From Octopus vulgaris (lineage: Eukaryota), in assembly GCA_951406725.2 (NCBI GenBank), contig OX597817.1, positions 76,570,001 to 76,634,000 on the forward strand: 64,000 bases of DNA, written 5' to 3'. The position numbers and the translations under genes are program-made. The first letter of the stretch is position 1. The number at the start of each line of letters is the position of its first letter. Below are positions 28,778 to 48,880 of the stretch, in pieces. Under the pieces are notes generated by a model, which was not told the origin of the DNA, did no database searches, and worked only from the letters and a program-made list of their open reading frames with translations.

Positions 28778-29817
28778 TTATCTACATAACCAGACGCACT
28801 CACGTACGCACACACATTTACACATCCACACAGTGACGCATACACATATCTACATATAAATATACACATACGTCGCTATGCTTAAAGGAACTTCTAGTTT
28901 TATAAAAAGGGTAGAAAGAGACCTAAATACGTAGAGGCTATATCAGGTTATATTAGCTGAGGTTGCCACAGCAGTGGCTCGAATCTCTACAGTTTCGTGC
29001 CAAGGCAAAAGTCCCAAGCAAATATCCGATGAATGTATTGGCACGAAACTCTAATCCCTTGAGTCAATCTTGAAACAATCTCAGCAAAGCAACTAGAAGA
29101 TTTCACAAACACACACACACACGCACACTCTTTCTCTCTCCCCCTCTCTCTCTCTCACACACACACGAAGTAAGCGCAGGTGTATGTGTATATGTGTATT
29201 TAGTACACACGTACATATGATGTGTGTGTATGAATGTATGCATATATGAATTCATATCAAGACATATAAACGCTATCGTCATACAGAAGTACATTAAAGT
29301 AAATGTGGTCTTGCTATACACACTCATACATACATATATATATATACATACATACATACATACATACATACATAAATACATACATACATGCATATATATA
29401 TATACATACATATATATGTGTATATATATATATATATATGCATGTATGTATATATATATATATATATATATATACATACACAAAACGATAAACAGATCGA
29501 TATATGTGTCTGTCCATCTCAAAACCACGTACATACATATACATGCACTCACGAACACATACACACATACATACACACGCACACACACTCACACACACAC
29601 ATACACATACACACATGTACACGTCTTTCCCTCTTTTTCTCTCTCTATTATTACTTCCCCTACACCCGACCATTTTTAATTTCCTCGGCATCACTTTCTT
29701 TATCCACTAACATACCGTCCCCGCTTCTTCATCACTCACTCCTACTCAACGACTCCCTCTACTTAACTCACCCCACCCCTCTACCACTCCATCTCTCTTT
29801 TACTGCAAGCCTCACAC

Positions 29818-29851
<34 letters not shown>

Positions 29852-30319
29852 GCATACACACAACGATACACACCACGCACACATGTCGGCGTATAGGTTT
29901 CTCTTTGATTAGTGGATAGATAAGAGATCGATAGCAAACTGCACGTAATTTTGATATACAACTTAAGAAGGAGCCAGTCAATAATTTGGACCAGTACCAA
30001 AAGAAAACGAAGAAGTGAGAGAGCTCTCACTCACCATTCCCTCTCTATCTATCCCCTTCACCCATTGTGGTTTATATATCTCTCATGAAGCGGGACTGTG
30101 GTTGAGAAATAACAAAATAAAAAAAAAGAAGAAAAGAAAGAAAAAAGAAGCCTGGTTGGCAAGTAGGACTGTGGGTTGGTCGTTGTAGTTAATCGACTGT
30201 CCGACATAGTTTAAACTTAACAATCAAAGAGTTTCAGTTATTTATATGTTTAAGCACAAGTACCAGTAATACAAGTGGATTCCCTTCTATTCCGGTACAG
30301 AATAAGAAATAAAGTTTTT

Positions 30320-30515
30320 GAATGAAGCACAAGTCCAGTAATTTTGAGAAAATGAGAAGGTAGGATAAAGTCGATCGCATCGGTTCCACTGTTGAAGTGG
30401 CGTTTATTTCGTCCACCCGGTTTCGCCGGAATTTGAACGCAGAACGTAACGAGTCGGAAGAAATGCCGCTAATTATTTTCTCCGAAGCGCTAATGATTAT
30501 GCCAGCTCGTTGCCT
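30320..30515 (-). mobile_element. SINE family B copy
   Basis: GGAATTTGAACGCAGAACGTAA..TGCCAGCTCGTTGCC. Confidence 0.75.
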
Positions 30516-30516
30516 T

Positions 30517-31922
<1,406 letters not shown>

Positions 31923-32417
31923 CAACAACAACGACGACGACGACGACGACAACAACAACAACGACAACAACAACAACAACAACAACGACGACAACAACAA
32001 CGACAACAACAACAACAACAACAACAACAATAATAATAGTAATCCTTTCTAATAAATACCATCAGTCAGTTTGTCAGATTTTCTCCCGATTCTGTTAATA
32101 CATCTGAACTAACAATTAATCTTACATACAAGATTTAAATTAACTCCTCTAAATGAATTATTAAAATTAATGCCTTGAAACTATTCCTAAGATACAATTA
32201 TACATTAACTATCCACCTACTTCGATACCGAAATGAATATGGAACGTGTCAAAGGTGTCAAAGCTACTCTAAAAAATTTAATGACTCAATACTGAGTAGA
32301 GTAAATTATGTCTCGCCACTGCAATCAAAAAGTTAAACTATAATCTCTCATACTTAGTTACACATGAAACTGATACGTTACAGCACATAAAGAAATTTAG
32401 AAAATTGTTTTCAGCAG

Positions 32418-34042
<1,625 letters not shown>

Positions 34043-34659
34043 TCAGCTGGAACTAGTATTGCTAATGTACTATAGATAATTTACGGTTTATGATATAGGT
34101 AAGAAGGGCTAATAGGTCTGATGAAAGGAATAGTTCTTAACTAAGAAATGATGAGTTCTGATTTTGCGAAACATTTGGATGATAAACTGTTGGTGGAAAT
34201 CACACTGAATATTTTCAATATTTAAATTTAATTCAGCCCTTCTGATTCACGCTGTGCATAAAATGTACTTCGATTAAATAATGATGAAAGGCCGAAAGCA
34301 CAGATACGTAATTTAACATATTCACTATGGTGATAGAGTTATACAGAACATAAATACTCTATGTTATTGATTAGGGTACTAAATCTGGTATGTTCACCTA
34401 AAGAATCGGTCAACAGATTGTGACATGGTATGTCAGGAGAATATTTCTATATTCTTATATTCTTCTTACAGATTGTTGTCATCATCTTTCTTTCATATAT
34501 ATATATACTACTACTAATATAGGATAAAAGTTTTTTTCAGAAAAAAATTTCAACAAAAATGGCAGCATATTAAAATACCTTTAAGGTTAAAATTATAAAC
34601 AACTCATAATCAAGGGCAAAAGAAGAATTATTTTTATGCCAATATGCTGAGAACAGACT

Positions 34660-35690
34660 TTAAGTCGTCAATTTCCACATTTCCTTTTACAATCACTATC
34701 CACTATCTTGGATTTCATATCCCAGAAAAGTCGACTTTCTTCAGCATCAGGGACTAATCTTTCACGTTTTTTTTTTGTCATCATTAAGCTGTTGGTAAAA
34801 TCTTTTTTAGTTGGTTCTAAAGGACTTGTTTTGCTGGTATTGTTTAATTCGTTGTTCAAACCTATTTGGCTTTGCCTTTTTTGCAGGTATGCGCTGCTTC
34901 AGTTCTTCAATTATAACATTCAGGCCTTTTGTATCTACACCATACTTCTTCCTAACTTTTTCTAATTTCCATTCATTCTAAAGTTCTCCATTTCTTTTCC
35001 TGACAAGTACTGACAGTACACTGTTCAAGGAGTTTATATCTTCAGAAATCCTCCTTTTCCACCACGGTTGTTGATTTCCTCTTCTATCCATCGCTGTTCT
35101 ATTCTCGGTAGTTTTCAATCCTATCCTTTCCGTGACGGTCCTACAAGCAACCTTCATAAGCTTATTTGTTTGTGTGATGTTTCTTGTTTCAATGTGTCTC
35201 AATAAATTATTGATTTTACCCCGTCTCTTGATTTAGTCTACATTGGCTACCCTTCTTAAAGTCTGTCCCTTATGTATTTAATAGATCCAAAGTTCTGCCT
35301 ATTATTAATCGTTCTTCATTCTTTGAATAATCACTTATCTCAATTCTTTCATAATTCACGGTATTATATTCTTGTGAACAATTGTCCATCTCTTCCACTA
35401 TACCACTTTCTTTTCTCGCGTGCCCAGCCTCACTCGATATCCTTCTTTTAATGGTCTCTAGCTCCAAATCAGTTAACCATCCATTCTTTTGTATTGCTCT
35501 TGCTTGATCACGTATTCTCTGTTCAGTAATTTTTAATTGTCCCATTGCTTTCCATTCAGTGTGTATTTGTATTCTGTACCCTCTGACAGGAATGCCATTC
35601 GCATCCACTGGGGTGTTCCGGTAGTAACATTCCATAACCAACATATTTACTCCAATTACGTCAGTAGCATAGCTAGTAGTAGCTGGATTA
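34660..35690 (-). mobile_element. 5' (N-terminal) portion of an R4/Dong-clade LINE, decayed
   Basis: VMECYY..P..GYR..W..ITEQRIRDQARAIQKNGWLTDLELETI, PWWKRRI, VPDAEESRLFW; colinear with the N-terminus of the intact ORF. Confidence 0.85.
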
Positions 35691-35693
35691 TGA

Positions 35694-35765
<72 letters not shown>

Positions 35766-35769
35766 GTTG

Positions 35770-35822
<53 letters not shown>

Positions 35823-36231
35823 GTTTATGGGTTTTTCTTCTTTCAAATTTGCTTCCATTCCTTGCCGGGTGTCTTCCCGACTGCTAGGGCAAAGAAACTC
35901 ATTGTATACATTGGTAGGCCATCAAACTAAACTCACTAGTTCGTTCATTTTTTTTTATAGAAATAAAGTTAAATTAAAATACATGGGTAGTAATAGTTCT
36001 CAAATCGACAATGCTCTTCTCAATACGTGTGATGTACCAGTTAAGACAATCTTTTGCACTTCTTGCCGGGATGGTGAGCCAGGGATCATTCTCATATAAT
36101 TTTCGGTTCCCTTCTTGATCATTCCTAGTGCTCCTACGATCACTAGTATTAAAACCGCCTTGAGATGCCACATTTTCTCAATTTCAATGAGCAAGTCTTT
36201 ATATTTTCTGAGCTTGTCAAATTCTTTCGCC
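35823..36231 (-). mobile_element. 3' end of R4/Dong subfamily B (RLE C-terminus plus 3' UTR)
   Basis: KYKDLLIEIEKMW..VIVGALGMI..EVQKIVLTGTSHVLRRALSI*; near identical to 47242-47645; (TAA)n on both sides. Confidence 0.92.
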
Positions 36232-39044
<2,813 letters not shown>

Positions 39045-42000
39045 CTATGTTTGACTTTTGCTTTATATTTGTACAAGTTGGCTCCAAGTCTCACCCAGAG
39101 ACCTCAAGAGACAACAGGGTTGAAGTTCATGTTGTTGTTATGCCTAGTGTGCCATATATTTGGGGGGTGGGGATGTTGTACTAATGAATGTCTAAAAAAA
39201 AAAATTTTTTTTTTTTTTTTTTAAACCGAAAATTATGTTTGTTTTAAACCTTGAGATTACATAGAGAGTATTTTGCGTAGGATATGAGCAGTTCCCATGA
39301 GCACTATCTTTTGAACTTCTGCCATTTTTGGGTTTCCTGGTATCTGAGTTAGGTAGCTATCAGCCCCTTTTGCTATCATTCCCAGGGCACCTATGACAAC
39401 AGGTATTGTTTTAGTCTTCAGCTTCCACATTTTGCTGATTTCTATTTCAAGATCTTTATATTTGCTCAGTTTTTGGTAGGTCTTGACAGATACGTTTATA
39501 TCGATTGGGACAGTCATATCAATGAGGAGGCATGTTCTTTGTTTGAAGTTTTTCAATATGATGTCTGGCCTATTTGCATCTATCTTCCTGTCAGTTTGAA
39601 TGGTGAAGTTCCAGAGGAGTGAGATGTGGTCATTTTCAAGCACTGGGGGTGGTTTGTGTTCCCACCAGTTTTTTTCATGGGGCAAATCCAGGTTTTTACA
39701 GATTACCCAGTGAATATATTGTGCAGCTCTATCGTGCCTGTTGAGATACTCTGTAGGCGCTAGAAGACTGCACTTGGAGACCACATGGTCAATGGTTTCA
39801 TTTTGTTGCTTGCATACACGACACGTTGGACTGCTTCTGATCTTTAATATGTTGGCCTGGTAGTTTCTTGTTGGTAGGCATTGATCTTGAGCTGCTATGA
39901 TAAACCCCTCTGTTTCAGATTTTAAGCCAGAGGCCATTAGCCATTGATGGGTCAGGGCTTTGTCGATATCTGCATTATTCGCTCTCTTTGGGTATTTGCC
40001 ATAGAGAGGTTTTTCTTGCCATTTATTATTCAGAATATCTAAGGCCGCAGTTTTGGCACGGGTTTTCATGCGCCTAGCTTTTTCTGTGCTTGTTTCTTGT
40101 ATATCTATCTCTAATTCCGAAATTGGTTGTATTCGGAATTCACTTAGATATTCCTTTGCCTGTTTTGTGACTGAGTATGATGCTTTCTTGTTTTCATGTT
40201 TTGAGACAAGTTTTAGCATCCAGTCCTCAGAGTTTTTCAGGTAGGTGTCTAGGCCAATTGTAGCAATCTTCATTGTTATTGCCAGTTGCAAAAGACCACG
40301 GCCTCCCTCTTTTCTTGGCAGATAGAGTCGTTCTGTATCTGCCTTAGGGTGGTGCATTCTATGCATTGTCAACAGTTTCCTTATTTTTCTGTCGAGCTGA
40401 CATATTTCAGTAATTGACCAGTTAACAATATTGAAACTGTAAGTCACGACTGGTATAGCTAATGCATTGATTGCTTCGATCCTGTTTCTTGCATTCAGCT
40501 CTGTCTTGAGTATTGCTCTCACTCTTCGATAGCATTCTCTCCTGATCCTTTCCTTCATCTCTGAATGCCTTATTCCGTTCCCTTCAATTATCCCTAGGTA
40601 CTTGTAGCTCTCCGCTGGGTCTAGTTCTTTTATGACATTCTGTTGGTCAAGGTTAACGTTAGATGTTTCTGTCATTTTTCCTTTGATAAAGGTAGCCTTT
40701 GCACATTTATCGAGGCCGAATTGCATTCTGATGTCGTCACTGAATTGTTTGACTATCGCTAGTAAGCCCTTGAGTTGTTGATCATTTTTTGCAAAAAGCT
40801 TTAAATCATCCATGTAAACGAGATGATTTATATTTTTATCAAACATTTTATACCCGTACTGCGCGTCATTGAGCAGCTTTGAGAGAGGTATTAAGGATAA
40901 ACAAAAGAGGAGTGGTGACAGTGAGTCACCCTGGAAAATGCCACACGAAATTTTTACATCACCAGCATTTAGGGATTCACTGTCACTGTTCAGAGTTAGT
41001 GTGGTTCTCCATGATCTCATACTTACAGTCAAGAAGTTTCGCAGAGTTGGTGCTATCTTATACATTTCAAGGCATTTCCTAATCCAGCTATGTGGTAGGC
41101 TATCAAAAGCCTTTTTATAGTCTATCCAGGCTATTGACAAGTTTTTGTGTCGTTTGTGACAATCTTCTAAGATCATCTTATTGATGAGTAGTTGGTCTTT
41201 ACAGCCATAGGATCCACGTTTACATCCTTTCTGTTCATTAGGGAATATGCTGCTGTCTGTTAAAAAACTATAGGTATATTCCGTCAGGACAGATGTTAGT
41301 GTTTTGTACATAGTTGTTAAGCAGGTTATGGGTCTATAGTTTTTTGGTTCATTTGTTTCTTCACTTTTTGGAAGCAGGAATGTTAACCCATTAACTAGCC
41401 AAGGAGGCATCCTACTAGGGTGTTGCAAAACATCATTGTACAGTTCTGTTAGCAGTTCATGGCTCTCTGGGAAGGCATTCAGCCAGAAGTTAGGAATTTT
41501 ATCCTTTCCTGGAGACTTCCATTTGCTTGACCTCCTGAGAGCAGATCTTATATCTTCTACCTTGACACCCTCCCACTTTTGCTCTTCTAAGGGGTCCAGT
41601 TCTGTAGATATTCTGTCAATCCAGGGGGCCTTTTCGTTGTGTGTTTTTTCTTCTGCCCAGATTTTATTCCAGAATCTCTGCACTTCTTCTTTTGATGGTA
41701 CAGACCCTGCAGTAAACGCTGTTTTTCCTATCTTCCTGTAAAAATTCTTGGTGTTATTTTTGAACATGTTGTTGTCCTTGAAAAATCTAACACGCTTTTC
41801 ATACCTCGCTATGCGGGCAGCTTTGGCAGATACCTTTTGTTTGATGGTTTCTATGGTGGCATCAATATCAAGTATAGTTTTCATATTGTATTTTTTCAGT
41901 AATTTTTGGGTTTTTGTAGGTTTGGTAATCTTGTGAGCCTTAAGGTTTTTCAAATATTCAATGTCAGATCTAAATATTTTAATTTGTTGTTGCAGACGCT

Positions 42001-43072
42001 CTTGCCAAGAAGGCTTTTTGTGGGACTGTTGCCGTTTTCTAATCTTTACACCACATAGGATCGTTGAGATTTTCGCGGATGCATAGTATAGGTGGTTGAG
42101 GTTTGTGATATCAACATCATTAACTGAAATTATATCCTTAAGTGCAAGCCGGATTTTACCAATTATTTTCATGTTTTGGTTAGAGTTGCGGATTTTAGGA
42201 AGTGTATCACGCTCATCCATGCTGGTTTCTTTAATTTTCAGCCATTCAATCATGATTTGATTTTTTAGCTCATGTAGTTCTGTTGGGTCAATATTTGTGT
42301 GACTTTCTTTATCTATTTGATGCTCATCTGTCTTAGTGTTTATGATTGGTTCAGGGCGTATTTCACTTTGCCTATCACTTATACTAACTCTTTCAATCCT
42401 CTCTTCGTTTTCATCCGCCCTGGGCTGGTCTATAATCATTTCCTCTGTATTATCTTCTCTAGCTGCAGCTTCGTTCATTTTATCCGATATTGCTTGTCTA
42501 ACCTGATCAATCTCTACTTCAGTCAGTAATTTCTTTTTTATAATGTTTCTTCTAACATTGGCAAGCTTGTTACTGTCTATGTAGGGTCTTACTTCAGGGT
42601 GTTTCTGTCTCCAGTTTAAGTATGCTTGTACAGTGCTAGACTTATCTGTGGGGAAATATATGGCATGGTAGAAGGCCTCAAGAACTTCTTTATTATCTTC
42701 CCTAGACCATTTTTCCTTCTTTTTCTTTTGATTATTTGGTGATGAGCATGGATGGCCATCTGTTGGAATATTCCGGTTGTGGGGTTCGTCCACCTCCTGT
42801 GTGTTGGGAAGATTTGATCCAGTAACTGATTTTTCAATCAGGATTTGGTTCAATTTTCGGGTACGTGGTCTTTTGTAATCCGCGCAATGACCAATGCGGT
42901 TTATTGTTTGATTTGTTGACCTTGAAGCATGACGAGCATCCATTCTTATATTAGGAGATGGATCTGTCAGTTTAGGGTTCACTACATGTAAGCATTGCTC
43001 ATAGCGCCGCTTCTTAAGACTAGCAGATCTATATTCGTCTGTATTTTTTTTGTTGATAGTTTTATCTCCGGA

Positions 43073-43116
<44 letters not shown>

Positions 43117-43212
43117 CCTTTCCTCCTCTTCCTTTCTTCAAGGCTTACTGTGTCTGTATTAGTTCGAAATAATGAGAATAAAATACGGAGAAGGAAACGA
43201 AAAGAAAGGGAA
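39045..43212 (-). mobile_element. Full-length, apparently intact R4/Dong-clade non-LTR retrotransposon (about 4.17 kb), subfamily A
   Basis: About 137-nt 5' UTR, single uninterrupted ORF, about 210-nt 3' UTR; both ends abut (TAA)n, the known target of Bombyx Dong. Confidence 0.95.
39257..43075 (-). CDS. Retrotransposon protein, 1272 aa: N-terminal domain, reverse transcriptase, CCHC zinc knuckle, restriction-like (PD-D/ExK) endonuclease
   Basis: KSPGKD, NYRPITCL, WIDYKKAFDS, GIFQGDSLSPLLF, HLVYMDDLKLF, FGLDKC, YKYLG, RLYLPRKEGGRGL, CRVC..ETIDHVVSKC, RHD, RPDII..LIDMTVP..KLSKY. First ATG at 43075. Confidence 0.97.
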
Positions 43213-45339
<2,127 letters not shown>

Positions 45340-47050
45340 CAGCTCTGCCTTAGCGAAGGTGGAGGCATTGTTTCCTATCATGTTTGTTTGTTTGTTTGTT
45401 TGTCCGTGGACAAGATATCTCAAGAACCGCTGAATGAATTCGGATGAAACTTTCAGGGATGTTTGGCCTCGTGACTGGTATGAACCGCTAAGATTTTGAG
45501 ATCAATCTGGTACCGGACAAGGATTCTGTATTATTTTCCCTATTTTTTAACTTAATTTTTGAGAGCAGTTGGGTTCATTTTTAGTATTCACATTACCTCC
45601 TCCAAGGAAGGAGGTTATGTTTTCATCGGCGTTGGTTTGTCCGTCTGTGTGCAAAATAACTCAAAAACGCTGTGAACGGTATTTGATGAAACTTGCAGTA
45701 AAAGATCGTATATACCTAAGGAACAGATGATGAAATTTTGGTAGTGATCTGTGAATGTTTATGGATTCTTGAAGGATTTTTTTATTTGTTATATTTACTT
45801 TTCATGAAGTATTACAATGTTACGTTCTTTGATTATCTCCCTTGAAAACACCTCCACCGTTTCTACGTAACCTATGGTGGCGTTGATGTTTTCAAAGTTT
45901 ATTTTCGTTTCTCTTTTAATAATTTTACTCGCGTATCTATCTTAAAATGAGCTGCTTGGCGGGGGTCTGCGGAGGATGGCATGACAAACCTTGACTATTG
46001 GGATCAATTCAAAAAGCTCAGGCTTTGCTTCCACCGCCGCTGTGAGCTCTATATCATCTGTATGATGTGGAAAAGATTCCATCAATATTGCCCGTCTTTA
46101 AAATTCGTTCGACGCTTGGCCCACGTGCCATCCGTCTACTACAGAAATATTCGTGTCGTATCACAACACTATGACAAAACTATTTCACCTTAATTGGCCC
46201 TACTCTCTTCAACATCGTGCCAGACACACATAAAGGAGGAAAGTGACTTCATGGCATTCAAACGATCCCTAGATGTTTACCCCCAACAAATACTAGATAA
46301 ACCACCCACACCCAGATATATATGCCTGAAAACATTACCCCTCTACTTGAATGGGCTACGGTTCCCCAGAGCTGACTGTGTATCTCTTCTAGGTGGTGAT
46401 ATTAAATTAGACATGGCCTAAATCAACTTCGGTCGAAACTTATTAAAGTAATCTAATCTATGTTGTAACCTTTTAATCAAAGCATGACAACGTGGGTAGA
46501 GGCTGATATCTTAACATTTCTGATGGTTTTAAATATTAAAAAATTATTAAAGATTTATGTAGAACTACATTCAGAGTATAAGCTATTGTGTTTAGACCTG
46601 GTTTCTATCCTCAAACTGTTCCATTTTGCAATTTTTTTTTAGTAAAGCACTCCGAAATTAGAAAAATAAAAAAAAATTTGCAACAACCGAGGTCCCATGA
46701 GTATCGGATAATGGATTTTCAACTCTGTAAAGAAACTGATTGTGGTCATCGTAGTTTTGACGGTGATTGTGGTGGAAGTAGAGACTGTGTTGATGACGAT
46801 GGTCGAGATAAGTATGGGAGGAGGTTAAGTTTTTGCCGGCGTTGGTTTGTAAAATTGGGGGATTTTCAGCATGTGTGTTTATGAGTGGAAATGAGCTGCT
46901 TGGCGGAAGTCTGCGCTCTCCGAGGGCTTTTCTAGTTTGTGAGAATAGTCGAGTTTATTTCAGATATTCTCATTTTAAAAATCATCTCTGGCTAATCGTT
47001 GAAAGGATGTTGGTGTTGCCTTGGCGGAGGTTTGCGAGCTCTGAGTGCTC
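45340..47050 (+). mobile_element. Nested non-autonomous HINE/DINE-1-like (Helentron-associated) elements
   Basis: Two 5' ends (CTCTGCCTTAGCGAAGGTGGAGG at 45343; TTACCTCCTCCAAGGAAGGAGG at 45593), each followed by (GTTT/GTCT) repeats. 3' CTTGGCGG(A/G) subterminal inverted repeats at about 45956, 46899 and 47020, the last two followed by a short hairpin. (TTC)n on both flanks. Confidence 0.65.
45971..46460 (+). mobile_element. CR1-group LINE 3' fragment
   Basis: GMTNLDYWDQFKKLRL..RRCELYIICMMWK, GPTLFNIVP, FKRSLD..QILDKPPTP; (TAATC) tail. Confidence 0.75.
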
Positions 47051-47202
47051 TTCTTCTTCTTCTTCTTCTTCTTCTTCTTCTTCTTCTTCTTCTTCTTCTT
47101 CTTCTTCTTCTTCTTCTTCTTCTTCTTCTTCTTCTTCTTCTTCTTCTTCTTCTTCTTCTTCCTCTCCTTCTTCTTCTTCTTCTTCTTCTTCTTCTTCTTC
47201 TT

Positions 47203-47233
<31 letters not shown>

Positions 47234-47241
47234 GATTATTA
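47051..47241. repeat. (TTC)n followed by (TTA)n
   Basis: Direct reading. Confidence 0.95.
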
Positions 47242-47932
47242 CTTTTTTTTTCTTCTTTCAAATTTGCTTCCATTCCTTGCCGAGTGTCTTCCCGACTCCT
47301 AGGGCAAAGAAACTCATAGTATACATTGGTAGGCCATTAAACCAAACTCAGTAGTTCGTTCATTTTTTTTTTTTTTTTTAAAGTTAAATTAAAATACATG
47401 AGCAGCAACAGTTCTCACATCGACAATGCTCTTCTCAATACGTGTGATGTACCAGTGAAGACAATCTTTTGCACTTCTTGCAGGGATGGTAAGCCAGGGA
47501 TCATTCTCATATAATTTTCGGTTCCCTTCTTGATCATTCCTAGTGCTCCTACGATCACTGGTATTGTAACCGCCTTGAGATGCCACATTTTCTCAATTTC
47601 AATGAGTAGGTCTTTATATTTTCTGAGCTTGTCAAACCCTTTCGCTGAGATATTATGATCACAGGGGATGCTCATGTCGATCAATAAGCAAACTTTATTG
47701 TTTTGGTCTTTCACAACAATATCTGGTTTATTGGCCTTGATGGTTCGGTCTGTATGTACTGGAAAGTCCCACAGAATGGTTACATTTTCTCCTTCAGTTA
47801 CAGCCTCAGGGTGGTGATTATACCACTTGTCGGCAGTTTTGATATTGTAATGCCGACTTATTAGCCAGTGGAGATATTGGCCAACTCTGTCCTGTCTTAA
47901 TTTATACTCCACTGGTGCTAAGACTTTACATC
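47242..47932 (-). mobile_element. 5'-truncated R4/Dong subfamily B copy with open RLE domain
   Basis: ORF 47415-47912: ILWDFPVHTDRTIKANKPDIVV..LLIDMSIP..KLRKYKDL..VIVGALG. Confidence 0.93.
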
Positions 47933-47993
47933 CTTAGCACCAGTGGAGTATAAATTAAGACATAACAGAGTTGGCCAATATCTCCACTGGCTA
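47862..47993. repeat. 61-bp inverted repeat (fold-back hairpin, 10-nt loop) at the 5' truncation point
   Basis: Arms 47862-47922 and 47933-47993, two adjacent mismatches. Confidence 0.95.
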
Positions 47994-48069
<76 letters not shown>

Positions 48070-48089
48070 GTCTATTTTTATTGTTCTGG

Positions 48090-48760
48090 TTGTTGTTTTG
48101 GTTGTTTTTATAACTGCATGCTATATTAGCAGGGATATTGTCTTGATGTTCGGTGACACTTCTCAACAAATTTCAAAAATCCTTCTTTGGAATATGCGAG
48201 TCTCAATTCCAGTATCTTTCAACCACTTAGGTAGCACTTCGGATTTTCTGCCAAGATCACTAACTATCACATGAGTAATTGTCTTCTTAGTCTTCTATAA
48301 TCCCTTCTCTTAGACTAGGTTCTCTTATTTCGCAAGTTTTCCAATTCCTTTTGTAACCATCCTATTATCATATGGTATTGCAAAGACTATGATGATACGG
48401 CGTTTGTTTCTTTTGTCCTCTACAATCTTCTTGCTTCAGAAATATGGTCAGTTTAATGCATTGTGAAGTCTTATAAAAATCTGTAATCCTTATACTCTAC
48501 CACAGCATGTGGTTCCTATTCACATCACTTTTCTATTATTTTGAAGCCACACTCGGCTAATGTCCTAAGGCACTCTTTTTCCTTCACAGTTATGCCTGCA
48601 CTTAAACTCTTTTTGTGTTAGTTTACTGCATTCACTAAAGAAATGGTTTATACTTTCGTCACCTTTCACACAGATTCTTCATTTTTGCTTTCTGCGTTTA
48701 TTAATCATTGCCGTTATCAAATTAAATCCAGACTTGTTCCTGAGGGATAATTAGCGTTTA
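48090..48760 (-). pseudogene. Very old R4/Dong RLE-domain remnant (further subfamily)
   Basis: Hand translation: VVEYKDYRFL*DF, TDHISEARR, IIIVFAIPYDNR, VIVSDLG..PKWLKDTGIET; 5' boundary uncertain. Confidence 0.6.
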
Positions 48761-48774
48761 AGTTTTTCTTTTTA

Positions 48775-48789
48775 TCGTCGTCGTCGTCG

Positions 48790-48854
<65 letters not shown>

Positions 48855-48880
48855 TTCATCATCTTCATCATCATCATCAT
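48775..48880. repeat. (CGT)n-(CAT)n microsatellite
   Basis: Direct reading. Confidence 0.95.

Noticed and set aside
40053-42837. Short antisense or alternative-frame ORFs within the retrotransposon
   Set aside because: Shadows of the main ORF with no recognisable motifs
43076-43141. ORF-track N-terminal extension MKKGRGGKEKKK from a TTG start
   Set aside because: Non-ATG start running through a poly(A) tract; the first ATG at 43075 is the more plausible start in a eukaryote
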